Of a DNA stretch of 64,000 bases, positions 39,192 through 49,099 are shown piece after piece. The stretch lies in NCBI GenBank assembly GCA_965262615.1, contig OZ253545.1, forward strand, positions 64,001 through 128,000, read 5' to 3'. This DNA comes from Alphaproteobacteria bacterium. GTDB taxonomy: Bacteria; Pseudomonadota; Alphaproteobacteria; GM7ARS4; G965262615. The notes beneath the pieces were generated by a model. The model did no database searches and was not told the DNA's origin. It saw nothing but the letters and a program-made list of their open reading frames with translations. The position numbers were made by a program, and so were the translations under genes. Every line of letters begins with the position of its first letter. Position 1 is the stretch's first letter.

Positions 39192-40131
39192 AATCGCTCA
39201 CCATTCCCTCTCGCACCAGTGAAAACGCCGTGCCGTGAGCAGGCGAACAGCGCACGATGGGCAAGCCCAAAGTCACATTGACACCATCATCAAAAGACAA
39301 TGCCTTGAACGGAATCAAAGCCTGATCATGATACATGCAAACAATTCCATCATACTTTTGTAATGAAGACGGACGAAAAAAACTATCGGCAGAAAACACA
39401 CCCTCACAATCAATCCCCGCCTCCTGCACTCGGTGCAATGCTGGCTCAATGATGTCAATCTCTTCACTGCCCAGCAGGCCGTCTTCACCGGCATGAGGAT
39501 TAAGCCCTGTCATGGCAAGGCGCGGTGACTCTATGGCAAAATCATCCCGCAATGACCGATGAACCGTCGCGACACAATTCACAATTGATTCGGTTGTCAG
39601 TGAATCAATGGCATGACGCAATGAGCAATGGGTGGTCACCGTCACCACCCGCAACACATCAGAGGCGAGCATCATCACCTCGCCGCCCGCGCAATTGAGG
39701 GAGCGCGCAAGATAGTCGGTGTGTCCCATCGCTCCCCACTGGGTGCTGTGCAGTGCCTGTTTGTCAATGGGCAGTGTGATCAATGCCGCCGCTTGTTTGC
39801 CACGCACAAAATCCAATGCCATATCAATGCTGCACCGCACCGCCTCTTGTTGCGATGGGTGAGGTTTTCCCATCGCATCCACATGAGGCAGTGGGCGCGG
39901 CAGACAAATCACGGGCAGCCCATCAGGAATGCAAGATGCCGCCTCACGCGGCGAGGCTATGGATATGATGGGAACGGAGATATCATAATAGGCTGCGCGC
40001 TGGCGGTAGAGCTCCTCGTCCCCCACCACGCAAAAAACGGGAAGTGTCTCTCGCCGTTGCCATGCTCGCAGTGTCAGCAACGGAGACACACTGGCGGGGT
40101 CTCCCATGCTCAAAACCAGAGGCAAACTCAC
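39130..40131 (-). CDS. pdxA: 4-hydroxythreonine-4-phosphate dehydrogenase
   Basis: MGDPA, T.PI.K, GHT.YL, GLNPHAGE.G..G.EE, MYHDQ.LIP.K, VNVTLGLP..R.SP.HGTA. Confidence 0.97.
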   Translation of the reverse strand: MSLPLVLSMGDPASVSPLLTLRAWQRRETLPVFCVVGDEELYRQRAAYYDISVPIISIASPREAASCIPDGLPVICLPRPLPHVDAMGKPHPSQQEAVRCSIDMALDFVRGKQAAALITLPIDKQALHSTQWGAMGHTDYLARSLNCAGGEVMMLASDVLRVVTVTTHCSLRHAIDSLTTESIVNCVATVHRSLRDDFAIESPRLAMTGLNPHAGEDGLLGSEEIDIIEPALHRVQEAGIDCEGVFSADSFFRPSSLQKYDGIVCMYHDQALIPFKALSFDDGVNVTLGLPIVRCSPAHGTAFSLVREGMVSDSSLCAAMGMGHRLAQSRGLA

Positions 40132-41426
40132 AAGCCCAGCGACTCATCTTTGATGTCAATATAGGCACTGCTCCACAAATCCTGACTGTAACGGTCTGCC
40201 AACTGCTGCAAGCGTTGCTGAAAAAGACCGTTGCGGATGAACTCCCTGCTGGGAAATTCCACATAATTCACGCCTCGCTGACACACCTGAATGAAAAATG
40301 TCCCGTCGTCATCGCGCAGCGCAGGCGTCACCTCACCCGTCATCGTCTGCAGCAAAATCCCCTGCAAGCCTTGAACAATATCCCCCTCATTGAATGAACC
40401 AAAATCCTCCACCATCAAAGGAACAGCTTCTTCGGTAAAAAATGATGTGACCTCAGACGCCTTCTTGTCACAAAATCGGTCGGTCAGGAGCAATTTCTGC
40501 AAGACCGCCACCGCCTCAGCGTATTCATCATCATCCAACATGCGTTCCTGCTCATTCACGACAAATCGCCGTAACGCAATGGTGCGTTTGGTTTCCTCGC
40601 TAAACATCCGCTTATCACGCAAGTAATACAGATGCACCCCATCGGTGGTGACGATGGGTTCAGAGATTTCCCCAATCTTCAATTGGGCAATTTGATAGCG
40701 CGCCTCATGAGGCAATGACTCAATCAATGTCCATCCCAAATGCCCGCCCACCGAGCCAGACGGCAGGTTAGAATGACGAATCACTCCATTGACAAAATTG
40801 CCAAAAATCTGCGGCGTGGAGAGCATCTCTGCCCGTAACCTGCGCATCCGCTGATAGGCCTCATTGTGATCCCTGCCCTCATGAGGCAAAAACAATTCAT
40901 GCAAGGCGTAGTTGTGTTTATCTCGCAAATATTCAAATCGTTCCAGTTCGTCATCCACATCCTGCTCTGAAATGAACACATCCCGTGCCAGTTTATAACG
41001 GACGAGATTGTCCCAATACAAATCGGCACGGATGCGACTGAGCACGGATTCCACCGGCATTCCCTTGTCACTCATAAATTCTCTAAATCCGCCTTCGGCG
41101 ACTCCATTTTGCCTTTCAATATTGCGCAACGCCTCCTCAATGCTGGATTGGGTTGGATGCAATCGCTGCCGCGCTCCCTCTTGTTCCTTGAGGACATCCA
41201 AAATGAGTTGATTCAACACCCGCGCGCGTGCCTGACGGCGTTGCGTGTCGTCATCGGTGCCGCCTTCCGATAGCAGCGTCATGGTGATGGCACTCTCCAG
41301 CTGACGGGCGGTGATGGGCGTTCCATCGACAATCGCGACGATGCTATCGTGCTGCCGCTCTTGGGCGCGCCCAACGGATGTCTGCCACAGACACAGCATC
41401 ACCAATGCGACCAAAATTCGCCTCAT
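40128..41426 (-). CDS. surA: Periplasmic chaperone/PPIase SurA-like
   Basis: Signal peptide, IVAIVDG..IT, GG.LGW, GEISEPI...G.H; position between lptD and pdxA. Confidence 0.85.
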   Translation of the reverse strand: MRRILVALVMLCLWQTSVGRAQERQHDSIVAIVDGTPITARQLESAITMTLLSEGGTDDDTQRRQARARVLNQLILDVLKEQEGARQRLHPTQSSIEEALRNIERQNGVAEGGFREFMSDKGMPVESVLSRIRADLYWDNLVRYKLARDVFISEQDVDDELERFEYLRDKHNYALHELFLPHEGRDHNEAYQRMRRLRAEMLSTPQIFGNFVNGVIRHSNLPSGSVGGHLGWTLIESLPHEARYQIAQLKIGEISEPIVTTDGVHLYYLRDKRMFSEETKRTIALRRFVVNEQERMLDDDEYAEAVAVLQKLLLTDRFCDKKASEVTSFFTEEAVPLMVEDFGSFNEGDIVQGLQGILLQTMTGEVTPALRDDDGTFFIQVCQRGVNYVEFPSREFIRNGLFQQRLQQLADRYSQDLWSSAYIDIKDESLGL

Positions 41427-41463
41427 GCTGAGAGATAGAGCCTCGCCCATCACAAAACAACCA

Positions 41464-43566
41464 CTAGAATTCATCCCCACCCAATCCGATAAAGTTGATT
41501 TTCACGCTGACAGTATCATGAGAAGCGGCATCTCCATCCCTCACGAATTCTCTCTCAAAAGCGACCGCAACATTAATGCAGTCACGCTGATAGCGCACGA
41601 ATGCACCGTAACGCACACTCTGTCCTTTGGCAACATTATACCGCCCATGACCACCCCATTGCCAATCCTCAAACAACGCCAGAGAAAGATGACCATTCAA
41701 TTCATGAGCGCGCTGTTGTTCGGTGTACTGATATTGTGTCATGAACGAAAAGTCGTCTTCTCGCCAAAAGGTGGAGAGGCTCTGATAAGGAAATGCATGC
41801 CCCCCCCTTGCTATATCTTTGATGTTGAATTGATAGTGAATTCCCTGCTCCTTGCGCCATCGCCATGTGATGCCTCCTGCGATATCGGTTCTGCGATTGC
41901 CAAGTGGGTGCGGCAAGGAATTGTCTTTATGCACCCGCATACTCTGTCCGAGCCGAAAGAAAAGACTCTCCCCATCATCTCGTCCAAAATGAGCATCAAA
42001 CCCATAGTCAACACGCCCGCCCCCTTCCACAATATCATCCCCCGCAAGGCGATGAATCCTGAATAGCCGACTGCTATCAAAAGAAAAAAGCCCGTTGTCT
42101 CGAGGCGTGACAATATTATTGCGCACATTGTTCGGAGCAAGGGTGAACAACAAACGCGGCTCAAGAACAAACCAATCAATACCGCCATCCTCATACAGAG
42201 GATAGCGTGCTGTGAGCGAGGCGCGCGGAATAAATCGCACACTGCGATCACTGGGCGAGATCTGAGGATGATGCTCATAGTGATAAAAATCGGCTCTGGT
42301 CTCCAGTTGGGTTGTCACCCTCAATCCTTGCCAGAACATCACCGCCTCCCAGTTCATATTGCCAATGATGCGCTGCGATAGAGACTCACCACCATAGAGT
42401 AAATTTCTCACATCCAGCGCGCCCTGCCAGCGTTGGTCATCATCATTGTAAGGCGAGAGTGCCGTCACGCGAAAGTGCGGGAGCACGGAAGGATTGGTAC
42501 GAGAATGAACGGGACGCAAATCTTGAAAATAAGAGGCGTTCAGACGAGTGTGAATGTGAGAATCATCATAATTGATGAAGGCTTGAGAGTGCACATCCTG
42601 CCTGTCCCTGTCATCGGTGATCAGACTGTATCGTTTCAGATAGGTTCGCTGAGAGATCCATTGTCCGTCCCAGCCCATGTGCCATCCGTGACTGCCGCCG
42701 AATTGGGCTTTTGAGTTCACATGTCCGAGCCACTGCCCTGCCACATCGCCATCTCGGTCGTCATAGGACAGACTGCTCGCAAACTGGACGGTGCTATGGG
42801 TGAAATTATGCCGTCCCGATGCCATAAACAACGCCCCTTCTCGCGACACATAGCCGGGCGTGATGGTCACATCGCCATAAGGCGAATAGGCCACATAAAT
42901 GGGCACAGCCACCACACTGCCCAACAATGATGAATAGTCCAACAGGGGACGCAACAAGCCACTGCGTCTTTTGACGGTGGGATCGGGCGTGATGTAATAG
43001 GGCAGATAAAAAACGGGCACATCATAAATCTCCAGCACCGCATGATGATAAATCATATCCTGAGCCTGCTCATCGTGAATGATGGTGTCGGCTTTGATTT
43101 TCCATGGCAGAACGGAGCTCTCATCACAGGGGCGACAACTGCTATAGACCGCCTGACTGAGATGATTTTCATTGCCATTGATGCGAATGGCACTGCGTGC
43201 GGCAAATCGTCCATCCTTGAGAATCATGCGCAGCTGACTGATGATGCCATTTTCCAGCTGGTCATCCAACACCGCATGGCGACCGTAGATGATGGTGTCG
43301 TTGGGGGTGAGCAGGCGCACATTGCCCTCCACGCGCGCACGCTCCTCGTCTTCGGAAAACAGCACCCTATCGGCGGTGAGAACATAATCACCATACACCA
43401 TTTCCACATTGCCGATGGCGTAAAAGAGTTTCTCCTTTTCGTCATGAGTCAGGGAATCGGCAGTGATATAAAGCTGCTGGTTTTGTTCATCATTGGCATG
43501 GGCGGTGTGTATCATGATGATTGCCCATAAGATTGTCCATGGGATTGCCCGCATCATTTTAGGCAT
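41464..43566 (-). CDS. lptD: LPS assembly protein LptD
   Basis: AD......A.GNV, YSSC..C...PW.I.A, PVFYLPY, R.SG.L.P; beta-barrel C-terminus. Confidence 0.92.
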   Translation of the reverse strand: MPKMMRAIPWTILWAIIMIHTAHANDEQNQQLYITADSLTHDEKEKLFYAIGNVEMVYGDYVLTADRVLFSEDEERARVEGNVRLLTPNDTIIYGRHAVLDDQLENGIISQLRMILKDGRFAARSAIRINGNENHLSQAVYSSCRPCDESSVLPWKIKADTIIHDEQAQDMIYHHAVLEIYDVPVFYLPYYITPDPTVKRRSGLLRPLLDYSSLLGSVVAVPIYVAYSPYGDVTITPGYVSREGALFMASGRHNFTHSTVQFASSLSYDDRDGDVAGQWLGHVNSKAQFGGSHGWHMGWDGQWISQRTYLKRYSLITDDRDRQDVHSQAFINYDDSHIHTRLNASYFQDLRPVHSRTNPSVLPHFRVTALSPYNDDDQRWQGALDVRNLLYGGESLSQRIIGNMNWEAVMFWQGLRVTTQLETRADFYHYEHHPQISPSDRSVRFIPRASLTARYPLYEDGGIDWFVLEPRLLFTLAPNNVRNNIVTPRDNGLFSFDSSRLFRIHRLAGDDIVEGGGRVDYGFDAHFGRDDGESLFFRLGQSMRVHKDNSLPHPLGNRRTDIAGGITWRWRKEQGIHYQFNIKDIARGGHAFPYQSLSTFWREDDFSFMTQYQYTEQQRAHELNGHLSLALFEDWQWGGHGRYNVAKGQSVRYGAFVRYQRDCINVAVAFEREFVRDGDAASHDTVSVKINFIGLGGDEF

Positions 43567-44656
43567 CTTCTTCTCGCAAAATGAGCAAAAAGGACAACGA
43601 TATTGCCAGCAACGGCGGAATGGCGGCGGCGGCAAAGAGAGGCATGCGTCCAAGAATGGCAATGTTCTCCAGAAGTGCCGCGCCCTGAAAGAGAAAAAAG
43701 CCAGATGCCAAACCCAGCGTCACATCACGCACACGATGCTGATTGCTATGCAAAGAAAACGCAACCCCCAGCAATGCAGTCGCCAACGCCAGCAACGGCA
43801 TCAACCATAACTGGTAATAATGAAACAGATGCTCCTGTGAGGAAAAACCAGTCTGTTCCATGATGGAGATAAATTCCAAAAAATTCCAAAAAGAAACCGA
43901 CTCAGGGGGCAGAAAATTATCCTGCAACAAGGAAAAATTGATGCGGGTGGGATAGAGAAGCACATTTTGCTTGTGCGGCATGTCATCGCCTTGGTTCAGA
44001 ATATGGACATTTTCCAGTTGCCAGACTCCGTCTTTGACGATGGCATGAGTGGCATCAATGCGCTGCCCGAGCTGATAATCACTGGTAAAGAAAAAAATGG
44101 TCACATCCCGCAATTGAGATGAATTTTCATCAATGCGCCGCACATGAATGATTTGCGGTGGCAGTGGCGAGGATGTTTCCTGCCGTTCGGTGAGCCACAA
44201 TCCCACCTCGGATATGGAGATGACGCTGTTTTGTCCTTTAATCTCGCGACTTTTGATATCTTCCGCAACCCGATAAGAAGTGGCGGCTAAGGGATTAATC
44301 ACGGTAAAGCCAATGATGCCAAGCACACATGAGGCGAGGGTGACAGGAATCATAAATTGCCACGCAGAGCACCCACAGGCGCGCGCAACAATGAGCTCAC
44401 CATGGCGATTGAGAGAAAAGAAGGTGTAGAGGCTACCCAGAAGGATGGCAAAGGGAAGAATTTTCACCAACAAGAACGGCAGACGCAACACAGTGACGAT
44501 GATGAAATTGTCCAATGGAATATCATAGCCTCCGAATCGCCGATTGAGTTCAAGAAAATCAAAGCAAAAGGCAAAAAAGACAAACACCACCAGCGACGCA
44601 CCAAAGCCCAGCAGGAAACGATTCAAAATATAGCGAGAAAGTGTCAGAGGAATCAT
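43559..44656 (-). CDS. lptG: LPS export permease LptG
   Basis: TL.RYI, LP..LPF..L.G, L.R..EL...RA.G.S.WQ; ATGA coupling to lptF. Confidence 0.88.
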   Translation of the reverse strand: MIPLTLSRYILNRFLLGFGASLVVFVFFAFCFDFLELNRRFGGYDIPLDNFIIVTVLRLPFLLVKILPFAILLGSLYTFFSLNRHGELIVARACGCSAWQFMIPVTLASCVLGIIGFTVINPLAATSYRVAEDIKSREIKGQNSVISISEVGLWLTERQETSSPLPPQIIHVRRIDENSSQLRDVTIFFFTSDYQLGQRIDATHAIVKDGVWQLENVHILNQGDDMPHKQNVLLYPTRINFSLLQDNFLPPESVSFWNFLEFISIMEQTGFSSQEHLFHYYQLWLMPLLALATALLGVAFSLHSNQHRVRDVTLGLASGFFLFQGAALLENIAILGRMPLFAAAAIPPLLAISLSFLLILREEDA

Positions 44657-45807
44657 GAGGAACGGATGCGTGTGCGCCAACGCATGCGTCTGAGGCGATG
44701 GGCAAGGAAATCAAAAGGCACAGGGCGATACAAATAAGCCGCACAAGTCACTGCCAGCATGGTGAGAGTCACATAGGCAGCAATGGCGAAGAACGGAAAG
44801 GATCTGTTGAGATGGACAAAACTCACCAGCATCACATGCACCGCCAGAGCAAGGACAGAGATCATGAGGATGCTTCTGGCACTGTCGCCACGACTGACAC
44901 CTTTGGCGGAGAAAATTGCCATCGCAAGAAGCGCGTACACAATGATGGAAAACGGCAACAGAATGCGCCGATGAATCTCACTGATAAAATCCCTTCGGGT
45001 TGCTTTTGACACATCATCTTGAGGAAATTGCAATTCATGAAGATACCGCTCTTCCATGCGCCTGCTACGCGAATTTTGAGCTTGATTGGTGACATCAAGA
45101 TCAAAAGTGTAATAATCAAAGGCGAGTTCGGATAATTGTCTGTTGTCTTTGGTGAGTTCCTGTCGCGTGCCATTGACCAGTTTAAATCGCACTCCTTGTG
45201 ATATTTTTTGCAGTTGTGCTTCTTGTGCCATGAGTGTGATTTCTTTGTCTTTTTTTCTGCCATCGTAGATGAACAATCCTTTTCGGCTTTGGGCATCGCT
45301 TTGTTGGGGCAGATACAAAAGGACACTGTTTCCCAATTGGCTGAATTGTCCCGTTTTGATGGGAGACGACAACAAATTAGCTCCCACATAATGTTGAATG
45401 TCTCGGACGATTCTGTATCCGGAGGGCGTGGCATAGAAATTGATGTAGAGGGAGAACAGGCTCACAATGAGAGCCAGTGCCAAGATGGGCTTGGCGATGG
45501 CGGCGTGAGATTGTCCACTGGCGCGCATGGCAATCAATTCACTGCTGACGGTGAGATGATGCAGGGTGTAAAGGGTGGCAAAAAGGAAAGAAAGAGGCAG
45601 CAGCAATTCCAAAAAGGAAGGCATCCGATGGAGCGACAGCGTGAGAAAGGTGTGCAGCGGCACACCATGGATGAGAACAATCTCAAGCAATTGGGGCGAT
45701 TTGACAAGCCACGCCACACCCGCCACCGCCAGAGTAATGAGGAGAAAACTGGTGACAAGAATTCTAAAATTATGACGAAAAATGATGGTCATAATGTCTT
45801 TTATCAT
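44653..45807 (-). CDS. lptF: LPS export permease LptF
   Basis: LP.S, SELIAMRASG.S, L.NG.RQ, F..Y..D, E.H.R..P; divergent from pepA. Confidence 0.88.
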   Translation of the reverse strand: MIKDIMTIIFRHNFRILVTSFLLITLAVAGVAWLVKSPQLLEIVLIHGVPLHTFLTLSLHRMPSFLELLLPLSFLFATLYTLHHLTVSSELIAMRASGQSHAAIAKPILALALIVSLFSLYINFYATPSGYRIVRDIQHYVGANLLSSPIKTGQFSQLGNSVLLYLPQQSDAQSRKGLFIYDGRKKDKEITLMAQEAQLQKISQGVRFKLVNGTRQELTKDNRQLSELAFDYYTFDLDVTNQAQNSRSRRMEERYLHELQFPQDDVSKATRRDFISEIHRRILLPFSIIVYALLAMAIFSAKGVSRGDSARSILMISVLALAVHVMLVSFVHLNRSFPFFAIAAYVTLTMLAVTCAAYLYRPVPFDFLAHRLRRMRWRTRIRSS

Positions 45808-45878
45808 TATGTGGATGGATTTTGAAAGGGTGATGTGTTATGGCATAAACAATCGACCACCCGCAATGGAGCACAACC

Positions 45879-47363
45879 ATGACCACAATGACCTTTAGCA
45901 AACACTCCACAATGGGCACAGATGATTGTATTTTTTCACTGGCAAGTGACGGCTCTTTGGGAGTCGTGGCACAAAAGTTAAATGACGACTGTGGGGGCTT
46001 GGTGCAAAAAGCGGTGAGCAAGGCGCGCCTTGCGCCATCGTCGGTGGTGACGGTGACCGATTCCAATTGCCGTCATTTGGTGGGGCTGGTGGCGAGCAAG
46101 CCAGATGACAAAGACAAGGAATCGTCACTGACGGAGGCTCTGATGTTTGGCGGCAAGGCGTACGAGACAGCCCATCTGTTGGGAATGGAAAAATTCGTCT
46201 GTGTGTTTGAGCCGAAGGACAAGGTGTGCAGTGCTTCAGAAGCCTCATGGGTGGCGATGGGGGCGAGCCTGAAGGCGCATCGCTTTGACCGCTACCGCAG
46301 TCAATTGAAGGATGACGAAAAGCCGTGCGTCAAACAATTGGAAATTGTCTGTGACGATGAAAAAGATGCCACATCCCTTTGGAAGCGAGAACAAAATCTT
46401 GTGGAGGGGGTGTGTCTGGCGCGTGATTTGGTGTTTGAGCCTGCCAATGTGCTGACTCCCAAACAATTTGCTCAGCAGTGTGATGAGCTGAAAAAGCTGG
46501 GTGTGACGGTGGAGATTTTTGACAAAAAGAAATTGACTCAATTGAAGATGGGCGCGCTGCTGGGCGTGGCTCAGGGAAGTGCCAATGAGCCTTATGTGGC
46601 GATTATGCAGTGGAACGGCGGTGCGCAAGAAAAGCCTTTGGCGTTTATCGGCAAGGGGGTGACTTTTGATACCGGCGGCATTTCCATCAAGCCCTCATCC
46701 GGCATGGAAGAGATGAAGATGGACATGGCGGGCGCGGCGGCGGTCACGGGACTCATGCGCTGTCTTGCGGGACGCAAAGCCAAAGTCAATGCCATCGGCA
46801 TGGTGGGGCTGGTGGAAAACATGCCATCTTCCACCGCTCAACGCCCTGGTGATATTGTGCACTCCTATTCCCAACAAACCATTGAGGTGCTCAACACCGA
46901 TGCCGAAGGGCGACTGGTGCTGGCGGATTTGCTCAGCTATTGCAATGAGAAATTTGAGCCACAACTGATGATCAATCTTGCCACTCTCACGGGGGCGATT
47001 ATTGTCGCCTTGGGCAATGACCATGCGGGATTGTTTTCAAACGATGACCAATTGGCACAGCGTCTGCAAGATGCCGCCACACGCACCGGAGAAGACTTAT
47101 GGCGACTGCCCCTTGGCAAGAATTTTGACAAAATGCTGGATAGTGCCATCGCCGATATGCAGAACATCACCAACAAACGGGGGGCGGGAAGCATCACGGC
47201 GGCGCAGTTTTTGCATCGCTTTGTGGGCAAAACGCCGTGGGCGCATCTGGATATTGCGGGCGTTGCGTGGAGCGAAAAACCCACCCCTATTTCTGCCAAA
47301 GGCGGCAGTGGCTACGGGGTGCGTCTGCTGGATGAATTCGTGAGACAAAACTATGAAGGGTGA
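45879..47363 (+). CDS. pepA: Leucyl aminopeptidase
   Basis: GKGVTFDTGGISIKP, MK.DMAGAA, NTDAEGRL.LAD, ATLTGA, WAHLDIAG. Confidence 0.98.
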   Translation: MTTMTFSKHSTMGTDDCIFSLASDGSLGVVAQKLNDDCGGLVQKAVSKARLAPSSVVTVTDSNCRHLVGLVASKPDDKDKESSLTEALMFGGKAYETAHLLGMEKFVCVFEPKDKVCSASEASWVAMGASLKAHRFDRYRSQLKDDEKPCVKQLEIVCDDEKDATSLWKREQNLVEGVCLARDLVFEPANVLTPKQFAQQCDELKKLGVTVEIFDKKKLTQLKMGALLGVAQGSANEPYVAIMQWNGGAQEKPLAFIGKGVTFDTGGISIKPSSGMEEMKMDMAGAAAVTGLMRCLAGRKAKVNAIGMVGLVENMPSSTAQRPGDIVHSYSQQTIEVLNTDAEGRLVLADLLSYCNEKFEPQLMINLATLTGAIIVALGNDHAGLFSNDDQLAQRLQDAATRTGEDLWRLPLGKNFDKMLDSAIADMQNITNKRGAGSITAAQFLHRFVGKTPWAHLDIAGVAWSEKPTPISAKGGSGYGVRLLDEFVRQNYEG

Positions 47364-47838
47364 GGGCTCATTCTATTATGTGCCGTCCGCATTTTATGAA
47401 CGCAGCCTCTTTGTCTTGCTGGAGAAAATACTGAGTGCCAATGAGCGCGCCCTTGTGAGAGTCAAGGATGAGACGCGCGCAAGCGAGCTGGATGATGTTT
47501 TGTGGAAAATAAAACAAGAGGCTTTTTTGCCTCACGGCGCACAGGGCGATGATGAGGCAGAAGCCGCACTGTGTCCCATTTGGATCAGCTTCCAAGATGA
47601 TAATCCCAATGACAGCACCATTCTCCTGTTGCTGGATGACACGAACGATGACCAGATTCACCTCACGCGCCACATGGCATTGGTGCGTGATGATGTCCCC
47701 GATGCCTTGCATCATGCGTTCCAATTGTGGCACAAGTGGCACAGCCGTGATTGGACGGTGAACGGATTTCATCAGGCAAGCGGACAGAAATCTTGGCAGA
47801 AGCTGAGTGAGCCTTTACGGGAGGGATGGGCATCATGA
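47353..47838 (+). CDS. holC: DNA polymerase III chi subunit
   Basis: FY, LLEK, LD..LW.....FLPHG, PIWI...NPN; follows pepA. Confidence 0.85.
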   Translation: MKGEGSFYYVPSAFYERSLFVLLEKILSANERALVRVKDETRASELDDVLWKIKQEAFLPHGAQGDDEAEAALCPIWISFQDDNPNDSTILLLLDDTNDDQIHLTRHMALVRDDVPDALHHAFQLWHKWHSRDWTVNGFHQASGQKSWQKLSEPLREGWAS

Positions 47839-48254
47839 CCATGCAACAAACATTGTGCATCATCAAACCAGATGCGGTGCAGCGTCAATTGGAGGATGCC
47901 ATCAATGACATGATTGTGGCGGCAGGACTCACCATTCGTGAGCAAAAGCGTCTGCGTCTCACCCAAGAACAGGCACAGAAGTTTTATGCCGTTCATAAAG
48001 AGCGTCCGTTCTTTGATGATTTATGTCGCTTCATGACCAGTGGTGATGTGGTGGTGCAATGGCTGGAAGGTGATGATGCCGTTCAGCGGTATCGCACTCT
48101 CATGGGGGCGACCAATCCCAGCGAGGCGGCGGCCGGCACGATTCGCGCCGCGCACGGACAATCTATTGAAGCCAATTCGGTGCATGGCTCTGACTCATTG
48201 GACAATGCCCAACAAGAAATCGCCTTCTTTTTTGAGTCACACCAGCAACAATGA
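47835..48254 (+). CDS. ndk: Nucleoside diphosphate kinase
   Basis: [35 protein letters not shown]. Confidence 0.98.
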   Translation: MTMQQTLCIIKPDAVQRQLEDAINDMIVAAGLTIREQKRLRLTQEQAQKFYAVHKERPFFDDLCRFMTSGDVVVQWLEGDDAVQRYRTLMGATNPSEAAAGTIRAAHGQSIEANSVHGSDSLDNAQQEIAFFFESHQQQ

Positions 48255-48362
48255 CAAACCACACAGCAACACCACCCCGCCCATGCAGGAAAAAACCACC
48301 GCGCGGCGAAACAAGAGCCAGTTCTCCGTGTGACGCTTTAACTCTTTGGGGTCAACATTCAT
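48237..48362 (-). CDS. Small single-TM protein, aa3-type cytochrome c oxidase subunit IV-like
   Basis: 41 aa [41 protein letters not shown]: H...W..F then one C-terminal TM helix. Confidence 0.5.
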   Translation of the reverse strand: MNVDPKELKRHTENWLLFRRAVVFSCMGGVVLLCGLSLLLV

Positions 48363-48717
48363 GATGCCATCCCTAACAAAAAATAACGACAAAAACAAGA
48401 GCCCGTCCGCCGCCATTTTAGACGAACTGAGCGACACCATCGCCGCGCGCCGCCATGCATCACCCGATTCATCATGGACGGCGCAATTGCTCGGCAAGGG
48501 CGTGCCTGCCGTCTCACAAAAATTGGGCGAAGAAGCCATTGAGACCATCATTGCCGCACAGCAATCACCGCAGCGACTGGTTGAAGAGAGTGCCGATCTT
48601 TTGTATCACTTGCTGGTGCTGTGGCAGGCGGCGGGTGTGAATCGCGATGATGTGTGGCGGTGTCTGGCATCACGGCAGGGCACATCAGGCATTGAAGAGA
48701 AAAAGAAGCGTCCATGA
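48361..48717 (+). CDS. hisE: Phosphoribosyl-ATP diphosphatase
   Basis: S.TA.LL.KG, KLGEEA.E, ESADLLYHL.VL, R.G.SG..EK. Confidence 0.95.
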   Translation: MMPSLTKNNDKNKSPSAAILDELSDTIAARRHASPDSSWTAQLLGKGVPAVSQKLGEEAIETIIAAQQSPQRLVEESADLLYHLLVLWQAAGVNRDDVWRCLASRQGTSGIEEKKKRP

Positions 48718-49091
48718 ACCCTACGAGTTATGACACCAACAATGTTTTTGCCAAGATTGTGCGCGGCGAGATTCCGTGCAAAAAAATCTTTGAAAATGAC
48801 CATGTGCTGGCTTTTGAGGACATTCAGCCGCAACGGGTCATTCATTTTTTGCTCATTCCCAAAAAACCCTTCGCCGATTTGAATGACTTTGCCGCCACCG
48901 CCGATGATGCCTTGTGCGTGGCGTTTTGGCGCGCCGCCGCCCACATCGCCAAAGAGCATCATCTGGATGAAAAAGGCTGGCGGCTTATTATCAATTGCGG
49001 AGAGCATGGACGCCAAGAAGTCCCCCATGTGCATGCTCATATCATTGGCGGCGAGGATGTGGGGGCAATGCTCACACCATCCTCATCATAG
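48714..49091 (+). CDS. HIT family protein (HinT-like)
   Basis: YD.NNVFAKI.RGEIP, AF.DI.P, QEVPHVHAHIIGG. Confidence 0.95.
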   Translation: MNPTSYDTNNVFAKIVRGEIPCKKIFENDHVLAFEDIQPQRVIHFLLIPKKPFADLNDFAATADDALCVAFWRAAAHIAKEHHLDEKGWRLIINCGEHGRQEVPHVHAHIIGGEDVGAMLTPSSS

Positions 49092-49099
49092 AAGTCCTC

